From Malacoraja senta (lineage: Eukaryota), in the NCBI GenBank assembly GCA_038087875.1, contig JAXLNO010000036.1, positions 1-64,000 on the forward strand: a stretch of 64,000 nt of DNA, given 5' to 3'. The translations under genes were made by a program, and so were the position numbers. Numbering within the stretch: position 1 is the stretch's first letter; the number at the start of each line of letters is the position of its first letter. The notes beneath the pieces are model-generated. The model was not told the DNA's origin. It did no database searches and saw nothing but the letters and a program-made list of their open reading frames with translations. Below are positions 25,339 through 39,289 of this stretch, in pieces.

Positions 25339-28300
25339 CTGGTCACGTTAGCCGTCATTACACCATTGTCTACAAACACACGTGCTCCAGCCCTATATGA
25401 ACGGAATGAGTTATCATCACTAATGTTTGGGCAACATGGTAACCATATAACTATATAACCATATAACCATAACAGCACGGAAACAGGCCATCTCGGCCCT
25501 TCAAGTCCGTGCCGAACATTTAAAAAAAACTTTTTTTTTATTAAAAATAAATACTTCCCCCTAGTCCCATCTACCTGCACTCAGACCACAACCCTCCATT
25601 CCTTTCCCGTCCATATACCCAATCCAATCTATTTTTAAAGGATAACATCGAACCTGCCTCCACCACTTCCACTGGAAGCTCATCCCACACAGCTACCACT
25701 CTCTGAGTAAAGAAGGTCCCCCTAATGTTCCCCCTAAACTTCTGTCCCTTAATTCTGAAGTCATGTCCACTTATTTGAATCTTCCCTACTCTCAATGGGA
25801 AAAGCTTATCCACGTCCACTCTGTCTAACCCGCTCATAATTTTAAAGACCTCTATCAAGTCCCCTCTTAACCTTCTGCGCTCCAAAGAATAAAGACCTAA
25901 CTTGTTCAACCTTTCTCTGTAACTTAGTTGCTGAAACCCAGGCAACATTCTAGTAAATCTCCTCTGTACTCTCTCTATTTTGTTGACATCCTTCCTATAA
26001 TTAGGCGACCAAAATTGTACTCCATACTCCAGAATTGGCCTCACCAATGCCTTGTACAATTTTGACATTACATCCCAACTTCTATATTCAATGCTCTGAT
26101 TTATAAAGGCCAGCACACCAAAAGCTTTCTTTACCACCCTATCTACATGCGATTCCACCTTCAGGGAACTATGCACAGTTATTCCTAGATCCCTCTGTTC
26201 AACTGCATTCCTCAATTCGCTACCATTTACCGTGTACGTCCTATTTTAATTTGTCCTGTCGAGATGTAGCACCTCACATTTGTCAGCATTAAACTCCATC
26301 TGCCATCTTTCAGCCCACTCTTCCAAATGGCCTAAATCTCTCTGTAGACTTTGAAAATCTACTTCATTATCCACAACACCACCTATCTTAGTATCATCTG
26401 CATACTTACTAATCCAATTTTCCACACCATCATCCAGATCATTGATGTACATGACAAACAACAGTGGACCCAACACAGACCCCTGAGGCACCCCACTAGT
26501 CACCGGCCTCCAACCTGACAAACAGCCATCCACCATTACTCTCTGGCATCTCCCATTCAGCCACTGTTGAATCCATCTTGCTACTCCACCATTAATACAC
26601 AACAATTGAATCTTCTTAACCAACCTTCCATGAGGAACCTTGTCAAAGGCCTTACTGAAGTCCATATAGACAACATCCACTGCTTTACCCTCATCAATTT
26701 CCCTAGTAACCTCTTCGAAAAATTCAAGAAGATTAGTCAAGCATGACCTTCCAGGCACAAATCCATGTTGACTGTTCCTAATCAGACCCTGCTTATCCAG
26801 ATAATTATATATATTATCTCTAAGGATCCTTTCCATTCCTTCGCCCACCATTGACGTCAAACTAACAGGTCTATAATTGCTAGGTTTACTCTTAGAACCA
26901 TTTTTAAACAATGGAACACCATGCGCAGTTCGACAATCCTCCGGCACTTTTCCCGTTTCTAATGACATCTGAAATATTTCTGTCATAGCCCCTACTATAT
27001 CTACACTAACTTCCCTCAATGTCCTAGGGAATATCCTGTCAGGACCTGGAGACTTATCCGTTTTCATATTTTTCAAAAGTGTCCGCACCTCCTTTTCTTT
27101 GAATCTCACAGTTTCCATTGCTACTCTGCTTGTTTCCCTTACCTCACATAATTCCATATCCTTCTCCTTCGTGAATACCGAAGAAAAGAAATTGTTCAAT
27201 ATCTCCCCCATCTCTTTTGGCTCTGCAGATAGCTGTCCACTCTGACTCTCTAATGGACCAATTTTATTCCTTGTTATCCTTTTGCTATTAATATAGCTGT
27301 AGAAACCCTTTGGATTTACTTTCACCTTACTTGCCAAAGCAACCTCATATCTTCTTTTAGCTTTTCTAATTTCTTTCTTAATAATCTTTTTACATTCTTT
27401 ATACTCCTCAAGCACCTCATTTACTCCATGCTGCCTATAATTGTTGTAGATCTCTCTCTTTTTCCGAACCAAGTGTCCAATTTCCCTTGAAAACCATGGC
27501 TCTTTCCATTTTTTACTATTTCCTTTCAACCGAACAGGGACATAAAGATTCTGTACTCTTAAAATGTCACCCTTAAATGTCCTCCTATTTTCTTCTACAT
27601 CCTTCCCATAAAACAACATGTCCCAATTCACTCCTTTTAAATCCTTTCGCATCTCCTCAAAGTTGGCCTTTCTCCAAACAAAAATCTCAACCCTAGGTCC
27701 AGTTCTGACCCTCTCCATAATTATATTGAAACTAATGGTATTGTGGTCACTGGACCCGAAGTGCTCCCCGACGCATACCTCCGCCACCTGCCCTGTCTCA
27801 TTTCCTAACAGGAGGTCCAGCACTGCCCCTTCTCTAGTAGGTACCTCTATGTATTGCTGCAAAAAACTATCTTGCACACATTTTACAAACTCCAAACCAT
27901 CCAGCCCTTTTACAGAATGTGTTTCCCAGTCTATGTGTGGAAAATTGAAATCTCCCACAATCACTACCTTGTGCTTACTACTAATATCTGCTATCTCCTT
28001 ACATATTTGCTCTTCCAATTCTCGCTCCCCAATTTGGCGGTCTATAATACACCCCTATAAGTGTTGCTACACCTTTCCCATTTCTCAGTTCCACCCAAAT
28101 AGCCTCCCTAGACGAGCCCTCTAATCTATCCTGCCAAAGCCCTGCTGTAATACCTTCCTTGACAAGCAATGCAACACCCCCACCTCTTGCCCCTCCAATT
28201 CTATCACCCCTGAAGCAACGAAATCCTGGAATATTTATTTGCCAATCACAGCCCTCCTGCAACCATGTTTCACTGATCGCCACAACATCATACTTCCAGG

Positions 28301-29188
28301 TGTCAATCCAGGCTCTAAGCTCATCCACCATTCTTACAATGCTCCTAGCATTAAAATATACACATTTAAGAAACCCACCACCACTTATTCTCTGTTTATT
28401 ATCTTTTTCTTCTTTCTCCCCTACATTTTGGGTCCGAGTGCTTCCCTTCTCTGCCTCCTGCCTCCCACATTTTCCACTAGCTTTCTCTATTTGAGTCCCT
28501 CCCCCCCAACCGTTCTAGTTTAAAGTCTCCCCAGTAGCCTTTGCAAATCTCCCCGCCAGGATCTTGGTCCCCCTCGGGTTCAAGTGCAACCGGTCCTTTC
28601 TGTACAGGTCACACCTTCCCCAAAAGAGGTCCCAATGATCCAGAAATTTGAATCCCTGCCCGCTGCACCAGTTCCTCAGCCATGCATTTATCCTCCACCT
28701 CACTCCATTCCTACTCTCACCGTCGCGTGGCACAGGTAGTAATCCTGAGATTGTTACCTTTGTAGTCCTTCTCCTTAACTCTCCTCCCAACTCCCTAAAT
28801 TCTCCTTTCAAGACCTCTTCTCTTTTTCTACCTATGTCATTGGTACCTATATGTACCACAACCTCAGGCTCCTCTCCCTCCGATTTCAGGATATCTTGGT
28901 ACTGAAGGTTCAGATATATTTGCGAGCATAAATTGCTTCTCATCTCAATTCACTCCATGGTAAACACCTACTCGGAAACTTGTATCCTAACGTCATCACC
29001 CATCTAGCGATTGTGTAATGCTTTCAATACCTATTCTGTCAGCCCTCACAGAATCCGACATTTACAGTGTTAATATATTCACTTGTCGTTCTTCCAAACT
29101 CCACAGCGTAGATAATCTGATCAATTGTTGCTCCTTTGGTAGTTCCTTCATCTGTGGGATAAATCTTAACTTCAGACTCTGCATCGTA
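25339..29188 (-). pseudogene. Module M split by a CR1 insertion (25339-25441 and 28897-29188)
   Basis: The halves rejoin to match 18987-19376. Confidence 0.5.
25442..28896 (-). mobile_element. CR1 LINE with ORF1 SGNH-esterase C-terminus and near-complete frameshifted ORF2
   Basis: ORF1 VVVHIGTNDIG...ISGLLPVPR...DRLHLN; ORF2 ETWL, GDFN, SDH, NYRPVSLTS, DFSKAFDKV, GVPQGSVLGP, YADDTK; TSD TGGTA at 25437-25441 and 28897-28901. Confidence 0.95.
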
Positions 29189-30750
29189 TTGTAGGTACCG
29201 CCTTACTTGAAAGATATATAGTTTCAGGGCATAATATTCTGCTGATCAAGTGCTAGTAAATGGGAATTAGTAAATGGATAGCATAGATGTAGATAGGTGT
29301 TTGGTCTGTTTCTATGCTGTGTGAACAAATGGCTCTCGGACCAGTGTATATACGTTTCTCCATTTGTAGTATCACCGTCAGTCGTTAGAGCTGGACTTCG
29401 CTACACTACCATTGTATGAGCCGGGCTCTTGGTAGCGATGAGGACTCTATTCATTGGACCACAGGAAGATGAATGTTGCTTATAAAGGTATATACGGGGA
29501 ATAGATCGGGAGAATGCACAGTCTTTTCTACAGAATGGGGAAACAAAGACCAGAGATCATAGGTGTATGGTGTGAGGAGCAAGATTTACAAGGAACCTGA
29601 CGGGAAGACTATACACTCAGACGGCGATGCATGTACGGAACGAGCTATCAGAGGCGGTCGTTGAGATATGTTGAGTCAATGCTGGCATTTCAAGTCACTA
29701 CTTTTGGAAATCTAGCTGCCATCTCGACAGCAGCAAGAGGTAAATAGGTGACCATCTTTCGTTGTTTGTGTTGAGCAATAAATGTTCGGCAGCACCTGAT
29801 TCTGCATCAATGTTCAGGTGCCCTGATGCGCCAGTTTGCACTCTAATGCGGAGTGCGGCATTCCTGTATTTTGCGAAACGACACCATATCGTGCATTTAC
29901 TTCGCCAGCATCGGGGTTTTGATCAGGTCATCCATTTATAACATTAGATGTCCCTCCTCTCTCCACGATGTCTTCTGAGTCATCTGAGTATTTCCTGTTT
30001 TCCTCTTGTATGTGTAGATGCCCGACAATTACTGCGGACTACAATACAGCAGCAGCGTTTTTACTGTGTTACTCCTCCTGCCCCAGTCTTCACTTTCTCT
30101 TCGCATTTGTCCAACAGTTTGTTTGTGCTTAACAACCATTCATCAGGTCACTTGAATATCAATGTCATCTATGAATCTGAATCGCCATCACAGTACGATC
30201 ATTCCGGCTCTGATCATACCTTCTGAACCTTCTGAATTTGTAGTCGGCAGGGCAGTACTCTGCATATCTCCCACTTGATATTTGGTATTTGGTACATATT
30301 TGGTTCTTACCTCTGATCATTGGGTTTGGTTAGGTTAGGCTTGGAATATTACTGTCACAAGTATCGAGAAACAGTGAAAGGATGTGCTGCCTCCTATCCA
30401 CTCAGATCCAACATACCATTCATGGATACAATCAGTTCAAGCAAATTCATTAGAGCAATTCATAGATCAACAGGGATAATATAGAGGCAGAAAATAGTTC
30501 ATGATGTATAGATTATAATCCTGAATATGATTCTTTGTTTCAATCAAACTTTAAATCGTCCTTATATTTGTAAGAATGAATAACATTTGCTCAAGCTGCA
30601 TCGCATAATTCCGTTCTTCCTGGTACTCGATATGTGCAATCGGAGATTTCAAGCTCTGCAAAACAAAACAAAAATGTGTACTGTTGTCGGAAATTGTGAG
30701 AATTATAAGGAAGATGAATAAGTTATAATTTGTTTAACACTGTAGCTCAC

Positions 30751-31327
30751 ATACTGGGGAGCATGATGGGAGCGTTGCCAAGATAGAATGTAGTTAAAAT
30801 AGCTAAATCTGAAATATTCTGCTGAGAAGCAGGGTTCCTTATCAGTAGGGGGGTGATAGACTTTTGTAGTTCTGTCTACAGTAGGTTCATATCTGTCGCA
30901 ATCGTGCTTTAACATCTGCTTTTCGTCACTGTGTTTAGCAGGCAAGTCTCCAAAAGGATAACAAACGATGTCCTTTACGAGGGGACTCCATTTGTCGAGA
31001 AGAATTTGGACATTTATGATATCTACATGTTAGATACATGGGAAGGAGATTTCTAAACAACAAGAAACCTAAGATTAAAGTTAACTTTGGGGAAACGCAA
31101 AGATGAAAGGTTACAGAGGTATTGATTAATGATGTTGTATTTCAACTCCACAAGTAACCATTGTGTCACGAGGGTAGAAGAATCCTACAGTTACCGTGGG
31201 AGTTTGAAGCAGCTTGAGCTTCCTCACACTGTTTCGCGATGTACATCGCTGAGGCCTGTATTAAATCGACTTGTTCGGTTGGCTAGCCACTTATCTATGA
31301 GCTGTTTTAAATTTTTTCTGTGCCTAT
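30751..31327 (-). pseudogene. Second copy of the two exon-like segments (31195-31327 and 30751-31052)
   Basis: Same splice-like boundaries; DRHRKNLKQLIDKWLANRTSRFNTGLSDVHRETV and ILLDKWSPLVKDIVCYPFGDLPAKH...APQY. Confidence 0.4.
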
Positions 31328-32029
31328 CTGAGTAAAGTGAGATATAGTGTACGGGTAAAGCACAAAATCCCCTCCTACATGTACAACACATGTTATTAAA
31401 CTGTGCCGAGTTGCGCAGGTGGAGCGAAGGATGATGTAGTCCGTCGATAAACCATGAGACATCCCGCTGGATTTGTGGTGTTGTACACAATTACGATGTG
31501 AGACGCATGGCATTTTAGCTTTTGGGTTATGTTCATTATTGTCACATGTACCGAAGAACATTAAACCCTTTGTTTTTCATGCTATCCAGACTGGTCAGAT
31601 GTACCATAAATAGATACAGAGGCGAGGACAGAGGGTGCTGGGTCTATGTATTCACACAGGGGTGGTGGGAATATAGATTTGCACAGACGGTGTTGGGTAC
31701 ATAGAATGAGCTGCCAAATGACGTCGCTAAGGCAGAAGCTATGACAATATTTAAAACACATTGGACAGGTGCATGGATAGAAAGGTTTAGAGTGATTTTT
31801 GCCAAACTCTGTAAGTGGGGTAGCGTAGATGGGGCACATTAGTCGGCATGGGCGAGCTGGGTTGAAGGAGCTGTCCCCTTACTGTGTGACTCCATGACAA
31901 TAGGTAGATATACAGAGTACAGAATGAGGTTCTCAGACTTGTAGCTTCTCGTGGACCATCATTTTTTTAAACAAAGTCCAATGTGTACATTGGGGCAATA
32001 CGAATCGAACAGTATCCTCGCATATGGAG

Positions 32030-32905
32030 GGATCGGGCAGAAGCCCGATAACGATGGAAAATAAGCCATTCCGCTGTGATGTGCGCTTTCAACCTTCGGT
32101 ACCTTCTGGCAGATAAGAGAACAGGCAAGAAGAACTGACCCAATTTAGACATCTTTGATGATGTTGGGTATTTTTTTCCCCCGAAGAAGCGTGAAGTGTT
32201 GATGGAGACAATGGTGTGACGTCAGGTCTGCATGATGGATTGGGCTACATTTACAACTCTCTCCAAATTCTCCCGGTCTTGTCAGATCTGTACCCAAACC
32301 ACAATGTAATCCAACCCGACAATATGATTTCTATGCTCCATCTCTAGAAGTTTTATAAGAATCACTGTAGACATGTCAATTGTCCCCGTCTCATGATGAA
32401 GTAGAGATGATGGTGTACCTTCGTTGGTTACGCATCATTGTGATTGCTCCAAGACATATCGTTGGATGATGTGACACATGGAACTTGAGCTCTTAGCCAT
32501 TCCGTGCCGTTGATGCAGATTGGGGCAACTACTCTACACTGCTTCCAGAACTCCAAAACTATCTCCTTCGTCTTGAAAGAGGGGCCATTGTCATGACAAC
32601 ATATCAATAAGCTCACTATCACCTTCATGTACTCGGTCCCGCCATTGCCCATCATTCGACCATTCACGATGATGTCTTCTGCAAACTCATAGGTACAATT
32701 AGAGCAGAATATGGCCATACGTTCGCGAGTGTAAAGGTGACATAGTGGCGAACTTGGAACGGATCCTTGCGGTGCTCCAGTCTTCGAAGTTATTGTTGAA
32801 GAGGTGTCACTTATCCTTATTAATTGTGGGCTGTGGGAGCTAAAATTGAGCATCCGGTGATAGAACGGGGAGGTGATCCCTCGGTCCAGGAGTTTGGAAT
32901 ATATC
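32030..32905 (-). mobile_element. Rex1/Babar-like LINE RT fragment
   Basis: SKLLDRG...PQLIRI...TGAPQGSVPSSPL...EFAED...KTKEIVLEF. Confidence 0.85.
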
Positions 32906-33319
32906 ATCTTCCAACCTGCACAGAGTGGAGGATCTCCTCAATTGTTGTTCCTTTGACAGCCTCTTCCACCGCAGATAAATATTGACTCCATCTCTGCACC
33001 GAAAGTAAATGGTTGCGCCGGAAAATATGACAAACTTTCAAAGACAATTAGACTGCCTCATGAATAGGAACGATGTAGAGTAATGTGGCCGAAAGGTGGG
33101 TGCGAGTGACTGGTGCAGAAGGGGCACATTGGTCGGCCTGGGCAAGATGTGTTGAAAGTCCCGTTTCCATGCCGTAGGACTCGATGACTCTATAACAATA
33201 GATAGACCAATGTGGAAGATACAGAGTGCACAATATAGTTCGCAGGATTGCAGTGCATCAGCTACTGAGAAAATGTCTTATATCCGCAATGGGGGAGAAG
33301 CGAATTGAAGAGTACACTA

Positions 33320-33745
33320 GCCCAAGGAGGGACAGTTTAGAAGCCTGTTAACGGAGGGAAATGAGTTATTCCTTAATCCGGTGGTGCTCACTTTCAAACT
33401 TCTGTACGTTGTGCGGGACTTCAGTTGGGAAAGAAGAACTGACCGGTCTGGACAGGTCTGATTACGTTCGGTGTTTTTTTTTGTGGCAGCGTAAAGTGTA
33501 GATGGAGTCAATGGTGGGACCTCTGGTGTGTGTGTGATGGATTGGGCTGCGTTAATAACTCTGCAATTTCTCGAGGTGTTGGCAGACTTGTTCCCAATCA
33601 ATCTCTGATGGAACTCGACAATATGCTTTCCACGGTACATCCCGAGAAGCTTGTAATAGTCACTGGAAACATGTCAAACTTACACCGTCTCCTCATGAAG
33701 TAGAGGCATTGATGTGCCTTCTTGGATGTTGCATCGATGTTCTAC
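33320..33745 (-). mobile_element. Rex1-like ORF C-terminal fragment
   Basis: RVINAAQSIT...LSQLKSRTTYRSLKVSTTGLRNNSFPSVNRLLN. Confidence 0.75.
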
Positions 33746-35019
33746 TTACCAACTGCACAATGTAGCGGATCTGGTCAATCGTCCGTCGTTTCACAGCTAC
33801 TTGATTCGAGTAATAAATCTGGACTTCTGATTCTACACCGCTTGAAAAATATCACCTTCGTTAAAAGAGATTGGGCCAAGGCTTAATACTCTGTGGACCA
33901 AGTGCTAGTACATGTGATTCTGTAATTGGATAGCATTTACACAGAGAGTTACTGGGCCTGTTTCTTTGTTGTATGACGATGACTCTTGGTCCAGTCTCAG
34001 CACGTTTCTCCACATGTGGTATCACCTTCAGTAGCTATAGCAGGACCGTTCTACTCTTTCATTGTGTGTCCGAGCTGTAGGGAGAGGTGAGGACTTTATT
34101 CCTTGGAGCGAAGGAATTTGCGTGGTGGGAATATCAAGGTGTTTACAACCATGAGAGGAAAAGGTAGGATGAATGCAGTCTTTTACCCATGATGGTGAAT
34201 CAATAATCAGATCTCATATGTTTAAGGTGAGAGGGGCAGGATTTTCTCGGAACCTGAAGAGATGACTTGACGCAAAGAGGGTGCTGGGAACATGCTACCA
34301 ACTTTGATAAGATCATGCGCTTCTGACATTACATATCATTCCTTCCTGGACGGATGCCATCAGAGTCTTCTGAGTATATTATGTTTTACTCCAGCATTGC
34401 AGAGGCCCGTTAATTAAATATGGCCCGCGATACAGTATCAGTTGTTTGACAATGATCTGTTCACCTTGGCTTCGCATTTGTCCAACAGTTCATTTGTGGT
34501 TGACCCCATTCAACACCTCTTTTATAACAATACTGTTTGTGTTACATTAACAATCTTCGTCGTCATCATAGTATGAACATCTCTCTCTGATCATTGTTGC
34601 TACTTATGTCAGCTCATTAGGTTAGGTGAGGTGAGGTTGGGCTCGGTTTAATATCGTCACATGTTCTAAGGTATAGTGAAAAGCGTGTCCATTCAGTTAA
34701 GATATGCCATACATAGATACAATCAGTCCTGCAGATGGGACGAAGAGGTAGATACTGAATTCAGTATATAGTTCATTACATTGAATATCACGTTGAATAT
34801 TGTTGGTTATTTCCACCAACCCCTGAATTGTCCGTTATGGGAATGAACAACATTTTCTCAAGCCACATTGCATAATTTCGTTCTCCGTAGAAATGCATAA
34901 GGGCAGTAGGAGAATTCGAGTTCTGTGAAAACACAAAGCAAATAATTTGTGCTACAATATTATTTAAGCGCGCAGAAGTACATATCTGGAACCTAGATAC
35001 ATTGGTACATATATATATA

Positions 35020-36150
35020 TATAGACAATGGGTGCTGGAGTAGGACCTTCGAGCCATCACCGACATTCAATGTGATCATGGCTGATCATCCACAATCAGT
35101 ACCCCGTTCCTGCCTTCTCCCCATAACCCTTCATTCCATTAGACTACAGAGCTCTATCTAAATTTATTTTGAATGCATTCAGTGAATCGGCGTCCACTGC
35201 CTTCTGAGTCAGAGAATTCCACAAATTCACAACTCTCTGTCTGTACAAGTTTTACATCATCTCAGTTCTAAATGGCCTACACCTTGTTCTTAAACTGCGG
35301 GCCCCTGTTTCTGGACTCCCCCAACATCGGGGACATGTTTCCTGTATATAGCGTGTCCAATCACTTAATAATGTTATATGTCTCAAGAAAACCCCCTCTC
35401 ATCCTTCTAAATTCCAGTGTATACAAACCCAGTCGCTCCATGCTTTCATCATATGCCAGACCCGCCATCCTGGGAATTGACCTCGTGAACCTAGCAAGAA
35501 TCCCATCAATAGCAAGAATGTCCATCCTCAAATGAGAAGACCAAAACTGCACACAATACTCGACGTGTGGTTTCACCAGATCCCTGTACAACTGCAGAAG
35601 GAGCTCTTTGCTCCGATACACAACTCCTCTCGTTATGAAGGCAACATGCCATTAGCTTTCTTGATTGCCTCTTGTACCTGCATGCTTACTTTAAGTGACA
35701 GATGTACAAGGACGCACAGGTCTCGTTGTACTTCCCCTTTTCCACACCTGATACCATTCAGATAATAAGCTGCCTCCCCGTTCTTACCACCTGTTGATAA
35801 CCCCACATGTATCCACATTATACAGCATCTGCAATGCATCTGCCCACTCACCCAACCTGTCCAAACCGGCCTGCATCCCCATAGCATCCTCTACACTGTT
35901 CACACTTCCATCCAGCTTTGTGTCATCTGCAATTCTTCTTTTAATTCCTTCATCTAAATTATTAATATATATTGTAATTAGCTGCGGTCCAATGTCAATA
36001 TCAATATCCATGTCAATACCCAACCCCTATATCATGTGCTATAATTTTAGCCGCTAATCTCTCGTGTGGGACCTTAACAAATGCTTCCGGAAAGTCCAGG
36101 TACACTACATCCACTGACTCTCACTTGTCCATTTTACTTGTTGCATCCCC
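35020..36150 (-). mobile_element. Degraded CR1 RT and 3' fragment
   Basis: IADDTKLDG, LQLYRDLVKPHVEYCVQFWS, CR1 3'UTR. Confidence 0.85.
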
Positions 36151-36559
36151 AAAATGGATGATGCAATGCTTCTGCAACCTATGAGACATTCCGCTTGTTT
36201 CCTGGTGTTGTAAACAATGCAGTTGACAGGCGTTTTAGGTTTTAGCTTCAGGTTTAGGGATATTATTGGCACATGTACCGATGTACTGTGAAAAACATTG
36301 TTCTGCATGCTATCTAAAATACACTTGGCCAAACACACATCGGAAGTGACACGGGACAAAAACGGCAGGTGGGACTTATGTGACCGGTGTATATTGATCG
36401 GCGTTGGCAGATTGGGCTGAAGGACCTGTTCCTGCGCCGTGTGACTCATGACAATAGAGAGAATAAAGTGGAAAATAGAGACAGCAGAATACATTTATCA
36501 GCATTGTAGCGCTATTTTATACATCAGTACCTCAGACAAAATTCAATGGCCAATGGGGT

Positions 36560-37000
36560 ACAGGGGATTGAATCGTGCCCTGGGCTATGGAGGGACCGTT
36601 CATATGCCCGATAACGTAGGACATGAACCAATTCCTAAGTGTTGTGATGCGCGCTCACAAACATCTCTACCTTTTGCCGGATAGGTGTTGGGGAAAGAAA
36701 AAAACTGACCGGGATTTGCCAAATCTTTGATTTTGTTGGGTGTTTGGGTAATGTTATGCAGCGTGAAGTGCAGATGAAGACTATGATTGGTCTGGGCTCT
36801 GAGATGGACTGGGCTATATTTACAACCCTCTGCAATATCTCGCTGTCTTGGCATAATCGTCCCTACAACAAGCTATGATGCAACGTGACAATTAGCTTCT
36901 TACCATATTTTTGCAAGTGTAACGGGAGACGTGATCAATGTCTTGTTTATTTTCGTTTGTGTGCCTTCCTGTGTGTCGCATCAATGTGATTGCACCGCGT
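36560..37000 (-). mobile_element. Degraded Rex1-like C-terminal fragment
   Basis: LQRVVNIAQSI motif; similar to other Rex1 pieces in the window. Confidence 0.6.
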
Positions 37001-37083
37001 CAGTGGCAATATTGACAGGAACCTGAAGTAAATACATTACACTCCGACGGTGGTGGGTGTATGGAACAAGCGGACTGAGGGGT

Positions 37084-39289
37084 TGTCTCGCGGTGCGAGT
37101 CCACCGACGAGTGATCCCGAGTGAAAGAAAAAATCACACTCGTGGTTGTCTACGAGATTCCAAGTTTATGTTGACGAGTTTAAACGAGTTCCCACGTGTA
37201 TGTCTAAGTTTGCCGTTCTCTTCTCATTTCTGCGATGTACCAAGTTCCTCTCCCCAGTTACCAAGTTCCTCTCCCGAGTTACTCTTGAGCTAACCGTGTA
37301 TGAAGGTCTCAAATAGAGGAGCTGGACAGCATCTCATACAGTAAGTATATTCTGATTCAGTATTGAAAGTTATTCAATTTCAGAACTTAAAAAAACTAGG
37401 CAGGATCTCGGCCCCGCACTCGCTACCATTGTGCAGCAAGGAGGCGGTGGCGGCGAAGAAACAGTGTAAAAGAAGACAGCTCCAACCTGCGGCTTTGAGT
37501 TAAAGATAGAATTCAGCGCGGCCGCATCTATTGACATGACCTCCAAAGGGAAAATGCGCACCGTCCAGTGCCAGAGCGTTTCTCTCTGCTTCCTCTACGT
37601 GGGTATTCCCTCAGTATGGTCACTCAGTGGGAGAGGCAGCATATCCGGAGAGAAGGAATGGGTGATGGGATGACGTTTCCAAAATTCTGCTGCGTCGTTG
37701 TGTTACTCCAGCACTGTGTGTTCACTTTTGTCAACCAGCATCTGCCCTTTCTTGTGTTTGACATTATGTGTATCCGTGGCAGTTGATTGTCGCTCCCTTC
37801 AGTTTCCCAGGCGGTCTGGACGGGACTGGAGTTGGAGGGAAAGGTGGGGTGGGGGGGGGGTTTGGGTGACTTAGCACGGGAGAGAAGTGTAGGAGAGGTG
37901 TACTGACTGTGTGGGCAGACACTTTGGTAGTGATTTCCCACCAGTCTCAAAAGCTGCTGTGTCACCCTGTCCCTGGGAAAGCAGGGGGCGATCAAACAGC
38001 ACAATACACCCCTCCCCCTCCCCGCCAACACGAAGGGCAACGATCCCAAAGCTTTAGCGTCAGAAACAGCGGGCAGGCGACAATCACCCGCCATAACGCG
38101 AGAGAGATCATGCACTATTGTAGGTCTCCTTTACACGTCGGTGTTTCTGTCTTTCTCCATCTCATTGTTGGCCCTGTCTGTCGCCACCCATACCGCCACC
38201 CCTCTGCTTCCCGGCCATGTGTGTGACCCCTTCCCTCCCCTCTCCAGCTCCCCGCCCATTGCACCGGGCGCGGGGGTTTCGCACCGTCTTCACGTCGGCG
38301 ACGCCAGCAGGTCAGTGCCAGTGGCCCGGGGCAGGTGCTCGGGGGCTCTCTCCCAGCGTGGCCCCGGACCGGAGTGGGGGGGAGATGGGAGTCAGCGGGC
38401 ACGCCGGCTCTGCCACACCATGGGCCGTGCCGTCCAATTTGGCGTCTCGGGGTAGTCCTATTTAGCTGCATGTGGCCCATAGCCCTCTAAACCATTCCCA
38501 TCCATTTATCTGTCGTTAATAACCTCACGAAAATTCCTGCTTCATTTTCCTCGGTCCAACTCAGAGAGAAGTCTCCCCCCTTTCCAGGGTTAATCGCTCC
38601 ACTGTTTATAATGCTCTCTGCATTATGCAGTCCAAGACAGTGAACCCGATGGGCAATCACTACCAAAGTGTCTGCCCATACAGCCAGTGCACTTGTCTCC
38701 CGTACTAAGTCACCTCAACCCCCCCTCCCCTCCATTCCCCTCCCCTCCCCTCCCACCCCATCATTTCCCTCCCAACTCCACTCCCGTCCCGACCCCCTGG
38801 GAAACTGAAGGGAACGACAATCAACTGCCACGGATGCACATAATGTCATACACAAGAAAGGGCAGATGCTGGTTGACAAAAGTGAACACACAGTGCTGGA
38901 GTAACGCAAAGAGCAGCAGAAATTTGGAAACGTCATCCCGTCACCCATTCCTTCTCTCCAGAGATGTTGCCTGCCCACTGAGTTAAAGAGTGCCCACGGT
39001 AGAATCACGAATCACTGCGGTAAACTCACGGGCTACTACGTTCTTACAACGAGTTTAAATGTTTCAAATTTTAACTTCAAGAGTGAATTTGACTCGTGGA
39101 AATCTTTAATCATGTTTTAAAATTTTCAAGAGTTAACAAGTTTCCCAGGTACCTGCCGTTAGCGCCACGAGTCGCTTAGTTGCGTCCACGAGTTCCGACG
39201 TTCCCGCTACGTTAATTGTACGTGATTACCACGAGTTTAATTTGTTTTAAACTCGGAGTCACTCGTGGATCGACTCGCACCGTGAGACA
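37084..39289. mobile_element. Non-autonomous DNA-transposon-like element with terminal and internal inverted repeats
   Basis: TGTCTCGCGGTGCGAGTC at left versus GACTCGCACCGTGAGACA at right; inner inverted arms 37622-37941 and 38650-38983. Confidence 0.65.

Larger units (their letters stand above)
17560..33050. repeat. Tandem segmental duplication, ~6 kb unit (17560-23600 versus 23610-33050)
   Basis: Collinear near-identical sequence; the second copy has extra CR1 and L1 insertions and the first has an extra Rex1 insert. Confidence 0.9.

Noticed and set aside
28515..28943. SGNH esterase ORF as a host gene
   Set aside because: It is CR1 ORF1, directly upstream of ORF2 and inside the TSD; the first residues are read-through from module M.
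37624..38986. Two similar ORFs on opposite strands (ETEG.DNQLPR.HIMS...) as duplicated genes
   Set aside because: They simply reflect the inner inverted repeat, with no splice or domain evidence.
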